A program made the position numbers and the translations under genes. Under the pieces are notes generated by a model, which searched no databases, was not told the DNA's origin, and saw nothing but the letters and a program-made list of their open reading frames with translations. A stretch of 32,000 bases of DNA from Gemmata obscuriglobus (GTDB lineage: Bacteria > Planctomycetota > Planctomycetia > Gemmatales > Gemmataceae). Location of the stretch: contig NZ_CP042911.1 in NCBI RefSeq assembly GCF_008065095.1, forward strand, positions 3,900,001 to 3,932,000, given 5' to 3'. Shown piece after piece: positions 19,323-26,931 of this stretch (positions are counted from its first letter, which is position 1; each line of letters opens with the position of its first letter).

Positions 19323-20060
19323 ATGTCGATTGCCGAGCCGACAGCAGCGCCGGTCGTGTACCCCAGCGGGGACGGTCAACCCATGGCCGAAACTGGCCTA
19401 CACGTGCAGGCGATTATTCTGCTTCACCAGGCACTGGAAGACTTTTTCCGCTCGCGGTCGGAGCCGGTGTACCTCGCCTCTGACCAGTTTTGGTACTGGC
19501 GGGAAGGTGACCCGACGTGTCGGGTCGCTCCGGACGTGATGGTGGTGCCTGGTGTCGCGCCGCACCCGCGGCGGTCGTTTTTCTCGTGGGAAGAAGGGGG
19601 CGCGGTTCCGGCGGTTGTTTTTGAAATGGCATCCCAGGATACGTGGCGAAACGATCTCGACGACAAATACGATCAGTACGAGTCGCTTGGCGTTCGTGAG
19701 TACTTCGTGTTTGATCCGGAAGGGTTGTATCTCGTCCCTCCGGTCCAGGGATACCGGTTAAGCGGTACCGCTTACCGTCGGATTCGGCAGGACCAGCTTA
19801 CAAGTGAACTCGGGTTCGGGGTGCGTCCCGAGGGGACCATGCTTCGGCTCGTTGACTTGGCGACCGGGCAGCCGATTCCGACGCGAGCAGAAGCCGTAGA
19901 CGCGGCCCAACAACAAGTTGAAGCAGAGAAGGAACGGGCTGAAGCAGAAAAGCAACGGGCTGAAGTGGAAAAGCAGCGCGGGGACACGTTGCAAGCCGAA
20001 GTAGAGCGACTCCGGGCGCGATTACAACAACTCGGACATCTGAACGGGAGCGACGGTTGA
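19323..20060 (+). CDS. Uma2-family (DUF820) PD-(D/E)xK-like endonuclease with a coiled-coil tail
   Basis: GQPMAETGLHVQAI..., VAPDVMVV, PAVVFEMASQDTWRNDLDDKYDQYESLGVREYFVFDP is the typical Uma2 pattern. The C-terminus QQQVEAEKERAEAEKQRAEVEKQRGDTLQAEVERLRARLQQL is a heptad-like charged repeat. Confidence 0.8.
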   Translation: MSIAEPTAAPVVYPSGDGQPMAETGLHVQAIILLHQALEDFFRSRSEPVYLASDQFWYWREGDPTCRVAPDVMVVPGVAPHPRRSFFSWEEGGAVPAVVFEMASQDTWRNDLDDKYDQYESLGVREYFVFDPEGLYLVPPVQGYRLSGTAYRRIRQDQLTSELGFGVRPEGTMLRLVDLATGQPIPTRAEAVDAAQQQVEAEKERAEAEKQRAEVEKQRGDTLQAEVERLRARLQQLGHLNGSDG

Positions 20061-20689
20061 GTTTCAAGTACGGGCCGAAGCCGGTGGTCGGGCTGATCGG
20101 TGCGATCGGCGCGGGTAAGAGTACCGCGGCGCGGTGTTTCACGGGCCGTGGTGGCCAAGTGATCGACGCCGATGCCCTCGGGCACGAAGCGCTCCGGCAA
20201 CCGGAAATTGTTGCGGCACTCATGAAGAGGTGGGGCGAGCGGATCGTCCGAGAAGATGGCTCGCTCGATCGTCGGGAGATCGGGCGGATCGTGTTCGCCG
20301 ATCGGAACGAGCGGTCCGCCTTGGAAGCGACGGTGTTCCCCTATATTAACCGGCGGACACAAACCGAGATTTCCGCCGCCCAAGCGAACCCTGATGTGGG
20401 GTTCGTCGTCTTGGACGCGGCGGTGCTGCTCGAAGCCGGGTGGGGTGATTTGGTTGACACCCTTGCTTACGTGGACGCCCCTCGCGAGATGAGGTCGGTC
20501 CGGCTTGCGGCGCGCTCCGGTTGGGACGAAGCCGAGCTGACGGCCCGCGAATCGGCACAATGGTCCGCAGAGGCCAAAAAGGCTCGCGCCGACACGGTTC
20601 TTGTCAACGACGGGAGCCGAGACGAGTTGCAAGCACAGGTCGACCGTTTCGTGGCGCAGTTCTGCAACGTGAATGGCGTAAGGTTGTGA
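20057..20689 (+). CDS. coaE: dephospho-CoA kinase
   Basis: P-loop VVGLIGAIGAGKST, then VIDADALGHE and the general CoaE layout. The TTG start overlaps the Uma2 stop (TTGA); the exact start is uncertain. Confidence 0.8.
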   Translation: MSFKYGPKPVVGLIGAIGAGKSTAARCFTGRGGQVIDADALGHEALRQPEIVAALMKRWGERIVREDGSLDRREIGRIVFADRNERSALEATVFPYINRRTQTEISAAQANPDVGFVVLDAAVLLEAGWGDLVDTLAYVDAPREMRSVRLAARSGWDEAELTARESAQWSAEAKKARADTVLVNDGSRDELQAQVDRFVAQFCNVNGVRL

Positions 20690-20859
20690 AGCTGGGTCGG
20701 TAATTCGTGACTGAAGTGCGGTGATGTCAGTTGTGAACGCGGGTCCGATTCTCTCCTGAGTTGTCGTCGGCGTTCTAGGAGCGCGACCGCGTCTCCCGCC
20801 CGCGACGGCCCCGTGTTCGATTGCTTGCCTCTGAATGCCTGCCGGTGAGGGGTTTACCC

Positions 20860-22791
20860 ATGTCTGAATCGAAGCCCGATGTTGTCAAGCCGCGCGCGAC
20901 CCGCGGAAGGCCCCGCAAGAGTGAGGCCCCGCCGCCCGCACCCGTTCCGGTGCCGCCCCCACCGGCCGCGGACGACGACGGCTTCGCCACGGGCATCGTG
21001 GACGTTGTGCCCGCGCCGGTGGAACCGGTGGTTTCTGCGCCCGCCGCGCCGGTGGGCGTCGAGCCGGAACCGGTCAAGCCTGCTACTGCGGCCGCGCCCG
21101 AGCCGCTTCCCGTCGAACCGTCGCCCCCGGCAGCCGTACCAGAGGTGCGCGAGCCGCGGCGCGCAGAGCGGAGCCGTACAGAACGTCCCGAGCGAGTGGA
21201 ACGCGCTGAGCGGCCCGAGAAAGGCGAACCACGCGCCGAGCGGCCGGAACGAGTTGAACGGGCAGAGCGGCCCGAGAAAGGCGAACAGCGCCCCGAACGT
21301 GTCGAGCGGTCGGTACGCACGGAGCGAATCGAGCGCGCGCAACGTGTCGAACAACGCCCGGAGCGGGTGGAACGGCCAGAACGTGCCCCCGAGCGGCCGG
21401 CGGAACTGCGCGAGGTCCCGCGGCCGCCGCGTGCCGAAGCGCCCGTCGGGGCGAGAGTCGACCCGAACGAGCAGGGATTCGATGCCGAGACCAACTCGCG
21501 TTACGAGGAGATCAAACGCGGCAACACGTACATTACCGAACTCCAGCACATGACCATTGCGCAGCTCCAGCAGGCTGCGAAGGACGAGCGGATCCCGCGC
21601 GAGGAGTACGTCGGGCTCAAGAAGCAGGATCTGGTCTACCGCATCCTGCGCGAGCTTACCAAGGCCAACGGGCTGATGTTCGGTGAGGGCACGCTGGAAG
21701 TGCTGCCCGACGGGTTCGGGTTCCTCCGCAGCCCGGACTACAACTACCTGCCGTGCCCGGACGACATCTACATTTCGCCGTCCCAGATCCGTCGCTTTGG
21801 GCTGCGCACCGGCGCCGTGGTCGCCGGCCAAACGCGCCCGCCGAAGGAAAACGAGCGGTACTTCGCGCTGCTCCGGGTAGAGGCGATTAACTACGCCGAG
21901 CCCGATCTACTCACGCAGAAGGTCGTGTTCGACGACCTGACCCCGCTGCACCCCGAGCGGCGGCTCAAGCTCGAGACCACGCCCGACGAACTCAACACCC
22001 GGGTCATCGATCTGGTCACGCCGATCGGGAAGGGGCAGCGCGGGCTGATCGTCGCGCCGCCCCGCACTGGTAAGACGGTGCTGCTCCAGAAAATGGCCAA
22101 CTCGGTGATCCAGAACCACCCCGAGTGTTACATCATCGTGCTGCTGATCGACGAGCGGCCCGAGGAAGTGACCGACATGGCCCGCACCGTGAAGGGGCCG
22201 CGGGTGGAGGTGGTGTCGAGTACCTTCGACGAGGCGCCCGAGCGACACGTCCAGGTGAGCGAGATGGTCATTGAGAAGGCGAAGCGACTGGTCGAGTACG
22301 GCACCGACGTGGTGATTTTCCTCGACTCGATCACACGCCTGGCCCGCGCGTACAACACCGTCTCACCGGGCTCGGGCAAGCTCCTGTCCGGCGGTCTCGA
22401 CGCGACGGCGCTCTACAAGCCGAAGCGGTTCTTCGGCGCGGCCCGCAACATTGAAGAGGGCGGCTCGCTGACCATCCTCGCGACGGCCCTCGTGGACACC
22501 GGCTCGAAAATGGACGAGGTGATCTTCGAGGAGTTCAAGGGCACGGGCAACATGGAGGTCCACCTGGAGCGCCGGATGGTGGACCGCCGCGTGTACCCCG
22601 CAATCAACGTGAACGCCAGCGGCACCCGGAAGGAAGAGTTGCTGCGCGGCGAGGACGAGTTGCGCCTGGTTCACATTATGCACCGCATCCTGGCGGACAT
22701 GAACCCCGTGGAAGCGATGGAACTGTTGCTCAAGCAACTCGGTAAGCACAAAACGAACGCCGACTTCCTCAACAGCGTCACTTTGACGTGA
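20860..22791 (+). CDS. rho: transcription termination factor Rho with a ~220-aa charged N-terminal extension
   Basis: From [13 protein letters not shown] onward the protein is colinear with canonical Rho: [35 protein letters not shown], Walker [30 protein letters not shown] and [33 protein letters not shown]. The ATG at 20860 is preferred over the TTG at 20821. Confidence 0.95.
   Translation: MSESKPDVVKPRATRGRPRKSEAPPPAPVPVPPPPAADDDGFATGIVDVVPAPVEPVVSAPAAPVGVEPEPVKPATAAAPEPLPVEPSPPAAVPEVREPRRAERSRTERPERVERAERPEKGEPRAERPERVERAERPEKGEQRPERVERSVRTERIERAQRVEQRPERVERPERAPERPAELREVPRPPRAEAPVGARVDPNEQGFDAETNSRYEEIKRGNTYITELQHMTIAQLQQAAKDERIPREEYVGLKKQDLVYRILRELTKANGLMFGEGTLEVLPDGFGFLRSPDYNYLPCPDDIYISPSQIRRFGLRTGAVVAGQTRPPKENERYFALLRVEAINYAEPDLLTQKVVFDDLTPLHPERRLKLETTPDELNTRVIDLVTPIGKGQRGLIVAPPRTGKTVLLQKMANSVIQNHPECYIIVLLIDERPEEVTDMARTVKGPRVEVVSSTFDEAPERHVQVSEMVIEKAKRLVEYGTDVVIFLDSITRLARAYNTVSPGSGKLLSGGLDATALYKPKRFFGAARNIEEGGSLTILATALVDTGSKMDEVIFEEFKGTGNMEVHLERRMVDRRVYPAINVNASGTRKEELLRGEDELRLVHIMHRILADMNPVEAMELLLKQLGKHKTNADFLNSVTLT
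21181..21294 (+). repeat. 2 x 57-bp tandem repeat inside the rho N-terminal extension
   Basis: [19 protein letters not shown] (21181-21237) and [19 protein letters not shown] (21238-21294). The first ten codons differ mostly at synonymous sites, while gagcggcccgagaaaggcgaac is identical. Looser ERxERxER units continue to about 21400. Confidence 0.85.
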
Positions 22792-22803
22792 GTAAGGGCC
22801 GAC

Positions 22804-22825
22804 CGGGAACGAACGTCCCGTTTTT
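22804..22825 (+). terminator. intrinsic terminator of rho
   Basis: cggga (22804-22808), a 7-nt loop, then tcccg (22816-22820), followed directly by TTTTT (22821-22825), 13 nt after the rho stop. The stem is short (5 bp). Confidence 0.5.
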
Positions 22826-22937
22826 GGCGGCCAGCGGCGCGGGGTGAGTCCGCCGGTGGTATGACACTCCGATTAGCAATCGGTACTAGAGTGGAGTCGC
22901 GCCGGCGGACTCACATCGCGCCGCTGGCTGCCAAAAA
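22821..22937. repeat. 117-bp long imperfect palindrome (38-nt arms)
   Basis: The arm TTTTTGGCGGCCAGCGGCGCGGGGTGAGTCCGCCGGTG (22821-22858) pairs with the rc of 22900-22937 (TTTTTGGCAGCCAGCGGCGCGATGTGAGTCCGCCGGCG), with 4 mismatches. The 41-nt spacer contains the mini-hairpin ccgatt-agc-aatcgg. Confidence 0.75.
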
Positions 22938-22975
22938 CGCGATGCCCCGCCGCGGAAGTAGATGCATTTCCACGA

Positions 22976-23713
22976 TCACGTGACATCCTGAATCCAGTAG
23001 TTTCGTGTTGGCGGCCTGGGACTGTTTGCCTCAGGAACGCCGGACCGTGGCTGGCGCGTGCTTGCCGACGATGCGAAGCTTTCAGCCAGCACGATCAGGC
23101 CCGCGGTAGCCAGTGTCCACCCGGGGCCGCGTTCGGTTCGGAACCGGACCCGGGCGTTGCGGAGGATCAGGCCCACGGCCACCCACAGGAGCCGCACGAC
23201 CCCGTTGGTGGTCGAGGTCCGAGGCCGTACCTGACCCAACTGGCGGTAGCGGCTCTCGATCCCGAACCGAGTCCGGTACAGGTCCCGGATCGGCACGGGA
23301 GCACCGGTCACCCGCCACGTCGCATACATCAGCTTCTTACTGCGCCGGCGCCCGGTCTTCCGGTGCCGGTCGCTCTTGTGCGCAATCACCAGGCCGCTGC
23401 GGACCGACGTCCCCCGGTCCTCGTGGGTGTACCCGGACCGTCCCGCCCCGCACCGCCGCAGGGCCCGCAACCCGACGGCCGGGACACCGGGTCGGGGCTT
23501 CCGCCCGCGGACCACCGCGGGGATCACGAACGGCACGTCCCGGGACGGGAGCAATCGCATCACCGCGATCGTAAAGAAGGCCTCGTCCAGGAGCGCCACA
23601 CGGATCGTAACTCCTGCGGCGGCGAGTCGATCGAGCAACCGGGTCGGGATCTCGGTCATGGGCTCCTTCTCGCCCACCGTGGTCACCCCGACCGTATACC
23701 GATCCGGTCCTCC
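22976..23713 (-). pseudogene. DDE transposase (ISH3/IS4-superfamily-like), C-terminal 245 codons, separated from its 5' part by IS3 insertion
   Basis: GGPDRYTVGVTTVGEKEPMTEIPTRLLDRL...LLDEAFF...YRTRFGIESRYRQLGQ is closely similar to ORF 28842-30050. It is in frame with 24985-25467 once 23717-24987 is removed. Confidence 0.8.
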
Positions 23714-23745
23714 GACTGAAGTTCCCCACGAAAAGTAGACAGGTT

Positions 23746-24576
23746 CTAGCGGTGGGTTTGGTTGTGCGTTCGTTCGTACTCATCTGGGGCAACGTCGCCC
23801 AGCGATGAGTGCCGGCGGACGCGGTTGTCGAACGCCTCGATGTACTCGACGATGCTCGCCTTGGCTTCATCGCGGGTGGCGTAGTCCTCGTCGTGAACCA
23901 GTTCCTTCTTGAGGCTTGCGAAGAACGACTCCATGGCCGCATTATCCCAGCACTGACCCACACCGCTCATACTGCACGCGATCCGCTCCTCGCGCAACCG
24001 ACGCTGATAATGCTCGCGGGCGTACTGACTGCCACGATCCGAGTGCGCCACCAGAGCCGAAGGCGAAGCCCCCTGGAGACGACGGGCCAGGGCCATCTCC
24101 AGCGCGTCCACCACCAACCGACGGGTCCTCGTCGGATCCATCGACCCGCCCACGATCCGGCGGCGGAACAGGTCTTCCACGACCGCCAGGTACAGCCACC
24201 CCTCGCGGGTCGGGATGTATGTGATGTCGGCACACCAGCGCGTGTTCGGCTCGTCCGGGTCGAACGCCCGAGCCAACACGTTCTCGGCCACCGGCAACCC
24301 GTGGTTGGAGTCCGTCGTCTGACGGAACTTGCGTTTGGTTTTCGCGGCAATCCCGGCCTCGCGCATCACCCGGGCCACGAAGTTCACGCTGCACGCGCGC
24401 CCGTTCGCCGCCAGCTCGGCGTGGATGCGCGGGCTCCCGTACCGGGCCTTCACCTGGGCGTGAATGGCCTTCACCTCTTCGGTCAACTCCTCGCGTCGGA
24501 CCTCGGCGGCACTGGGCTCCCGCGACCGCCACGCGTAGAACCCGGACCGCGACACCCCCAGCACCCGGCACATCAA
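23746..24576 (-). CDS. IS3-family transposase OrfB (rve/DDE integrase core)
   Basis: VSRSGFYAWR, WCADITYIPT (D), HSDRGSQYA (D) and ESFFASLKKE (E). The frame is -1 relative to orfA and stays open upstream through the overlap with orfA. Confidence 0.88.
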   Translation of the reverse strand: MMCRVLGVSRSGFYAWRSREPSAAEVRREELTEEVKAIHAQVKARYGSPRIHAELAANGRACSVNFVARVMREAGIAAKTKRKFRQTTDSNHGLPVAENVLARAFDPDEPNTRWCADITYIPTREGWLYLAVVEDLFRRRIVGGSMDPTRTRRLVVDALEMALARRLQGASPSALVAHSDRGSQYAREHYQRRLREERIACSMSGVGQCWDNAAMESFFASLKKELVHDEDYATRDEAKASIVEYIEAFDNRVRRHSSLGDVAPDEYERTHNQTHR

Positions 24577-24620
24577 CGCGATGGGCCACGCGGCCTTGCG
24601 TTCCTCGATCCCGGCGAAGG

Positions 24621-24917
24621 TCAGTTCATCTGGGTGACGAAGAACGCCGTGGCTTTGTTGAGGATGTCGCGCTCCATCTCCAGTCGCTTGACGTCGGCCC
24701 GGAGTTGTCGCAGCTCTTCTTCGACCGGGGTCAGGTGCCCCGATCCCGGGAACGCCTCGGCACCCTTCTTGAGGACCCCCTTCTTCCCGTCGTGGAGCCG
24801 GTTCTCGGTGACCCCGAGGCGGCGTGCCACCTCGGCCACGGAGAGCTTCTGCTCGGTAATCATCTGGACGGCTGAGAGCTTGAACTCCGCCGTGTACACC
24901 TTGCGCGTGCCAGCCAT
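24621..24917 (-). CDS. IS3-family transposase OrfA (HTH)
   Basis: MAGTRKVYTAEFKLSAVQMITEQKLSVAEVARRLGVTENRLH... followed by a leucine-zipper-like EEELRQLRADVKRLEMERDILNKA is the typical IS3 OrfA pattern. Confidence 0.88.
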   Translation of the reverse strand: MAGTRKVYTAEFKLSAVQMITEQKLSVAEVARRLGVTENRLHDGKKGVLKKGAEAFPGSGHLTPVEEELRQLRADVKRLEMERDILNKATAFFVTQMN

Positions 24918-24984
24918 CGGTGTGTCTCCTTCTGTTCAGAGTTTACACCGCTTTCCCACTGTCCACCATTCGTGGGGAACTTCA

Positions 24985-25467
24985 GACGAGACATGCGGTG
25001 GCGTCGGCGATGAGCACCCGGCGGCCGTTCCACCGCCAGTCCCCGGGAACCCGGTCGTGCAACCCGCGCCCGGTGTGCCGGGCCAGCTGTGCGATCGCGC
25101 CCTCGGGCAACCGGGTCCGGGCCTTACAGTACCCGCCCGTGCCCGGCCCGCACGGCGGTTCCCCCCGGGCCACGAGCCACGCCAGGACCCGCGCGACGGC
25201 CAACCGGCAGCACCCGACGGGACAGATGACCTGGGTGAGAAACGCCCACAGGGTGACGACCGGGGTGAACACCTCGTCCCGCCATCCCCCGCCGTGGTCC
25301 TGGATCGCCTGTTCGATGCACGATTCGGGGAGCACATCCGCAAAGGGCAGTCCGTCGCGTTGGGCGAACCGGTTGCAGATCGCACGCATCTGGCTCGGTG
25401 CCGTGGGCCGGGTAGAATGTACCATCGTGGGATGTCCGGACCAAAGTTGAGGTGGTAGTAACCACAT
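24985..25467 (-). pseudogene. IS4-type transposase N-terminal fragment (161 codons), 5' part of the mosaic gene
   Basis: FADVLPESCIEQAIQDHGGGWRDEVFTPVVTLWAFLTQVI and WRWNGRRVLIADAT resemble the IS4 InsG N-terminal domain and its first-Asp region. The present stop (24982-24984) is supplied by the IS3 end. An alternative start is the Met at 25425. Confidence 0.6.
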
Positions 25468-25579
25468 CTTCGCAACCCGGACATCCCGCGCCTATCCTCT
25501 AATCCCAAATAGACTTACAGCACCGGGAAGTGCCATTCCGATTGATCTGTAACCCTCTGCAACGTCGGGAGGGCTGACC

Positions 25580-26325
25580 ATGACACGACTACCCGCTGTT
25601 CCGCACCTGCCCCCCGCCGAGATCGATCAGCGGTACCGGAATTGCTCGGACGCGGCCGAGAAGACCCGGTGGCACGTGCTGTGGCTGGTGACGCGGCCCG
25701 ATCAGCCGATCTCGGCCACGGCGGCGGCCCGCCCCGTCGGGTTCACGCCCGCCTGGGGCCGTGCGATCCTCAAGCGGTACAACGCGCACGGCCCCGAGGG
25801 CCTCACGGACCGGCGCCGGGACAACGGGGCTCGGTACGAGATGACCCCGCCCCAACGCGCCGAGCGACTCGCCGCGCTCCGGAATCCGCCACCGGACCAC
25901 GGGTTGTGGAGCGGACCCAAGGTCGCCGCCTTCGTCCGGGGCCGGTTCGGCATCACGATCGTCGACCAGACCGGATGGCAACGGCTCAAGGAACTCGGGT
26001 TCCGGTTGGTCGTCCCGCGCCCCCGGCACCCCAAGGGGGCCACCGCCTTCCAGCAACAGGAGTGGCTTTGACGGGCTCGCCCGTGTGATGGCCGAGTTGC
26101 GCCAGGGGCACCCGGACAAGGAGGTGGAGCGGGGGTGCGAAGATGAAGCCCGGCTCGGGCTCAAGCCCGTGGCGCGTCGCGTGTGAGCCCTGAAGGGCAC
26201 CCGCCCGACGAGCGACGGGCGCCACACATTCGAGTCCCGGTTCGTGTACGGGTTCGCCCACCCGAAGAGCGGGCGCCGCCGGCTCCTGATGCTCCCGAAG
26301 GCCAACGCGGAGTGCATGGGTCAAG
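25580..26325 (+). pseudogene. IS630-family transposase, 5' portion with a frameshift and an in-frame TGA
   Basis: The HTH/winged-helix part is RYRNCSDAAEKTRWHVLWLV...WSGPKVAAFVRGRFGITIVDQTGWQRLKELGF...PRHPKG. The frame changes near 26065. The DDE part is MAELRQGHPDKEVERGCEDEARLGLKPVARRV*ALKGTRP..FVYGFAHP, with TGA at 26184-26186 where a Trp is expected. Confidence 0.7.
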
Positions 26326-26456
26326 CCAGTGCTATGCACATCTTGGATTTGTATAACTGATTGCGGATTGCTGATTTAGGGTTTTCACTGCGACGAAATT
26401 GGGGTTAACCGAGTGGTCGTGGGACGCGGGGTGGTGCGGGGTCCGCGACCCGGGAC

Positions 26457-26887
26457 ATGGAGGTCACCGTGATTCTGCCACCTCATCAGCGCGTCCCACG
26501 CTCCCAACCGCACGCGCCCACGGACTTCGCGCGCCAGGTCCTGGAGGGCCTGCCACTGGCCCACGCGTCGCTCGCACTCTTCGCCTATGGCGTTCCCGAC
26601 CCGGTCCTCGCGGACCTCTACGAGCGACATCGGGGACGCGGCTATGAGGACGTCGTGACCTTCGCCCAACTGGTCACCTGGATCTTCGATGCGCTCATCG
26701 AACACCAGGGCTCGGGGCGGCAGGCCCACCTGCGACGCCACCGGCAACCCGACGACGGGTGCCACGAAGCGTTCTACGGCAAGCTCCGGCGCATCCCCCG
26801 GGGCCTGAGCGAAGCGTTCCTGCGGGACGTCACCGACCGGTTCACCGCCCTGTTCCCCGAGGTCGTCGCGCACCGCCTTCCGACCTC
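26457..26887 (+). pseudogene. ISx IS4-family transposase, fragment 1 of 3
   Basis: The fragment runs MEVTVILPPHQRV...FPEVVAHRLPTS and is cut by IS3 #2 at 26888. The ORF-track tail TVDPIV* is IS3 sequence. Confidence 0.8.
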
Positions 26888-26931
26888 TACAGTGGACCCC
26901 ATTGTCTAGACCAAAAAGTTGCTATCCTTCG

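Larger units (their letters stand above)
23717..24984 (-). mobile_element. IS3-family insertion sequence #1 (1268 bp)
   Basis: Terminal IRs are TGAAGTTCCCCACGAAAAGTAGACAG (23717-) and rc TGAAGTTCCCCACGAATGGTGGACAG (-24984). There is a 3-bp direct repeat GAC at 23714-23716 and 24985-24987. orfA and orfB are in the 0/-1 arrangement. Confidence 0.88.
22995..25515 (-). mobile_element. mosaic IS: ISH3-like left IR and transposase C-terminal two-thirds joined to an IS4-type transposase N-terminal third, split by an IS3-family insertion
   Basis: The left IR CAGTAGTTTCGTGTTGGCGGCCTGG (22995-) matches the IR of the intact copy at 28834. DNA and protein homology to that copy runs to about 25004 and then stops. 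The right boundary was not identified; 25515 is only the position before a possible IS630-like end. Confidence 0.55.

Noticed and set aside
21170-21400. Short tandem repeats that might be taken for a CRISPR array or VNTR.
   Set aside because: The repeats lie inside the rho reading frame, have no spacers, have a period that is a multiple of 3 and encode a conserved peptide. They are a protein repeat, not a CRISPR array.
25441-25470. CCAAAGTTGAGGTGGTAGTAACC as the missing right IR of the mosaic ISH3-like copy.
   Set aside because: It has only scattered identity to the expected CCAACTTGAAACTACTG. The order of matching bases requires multiple gaps, so it is not convincing without a second copy for comparison.
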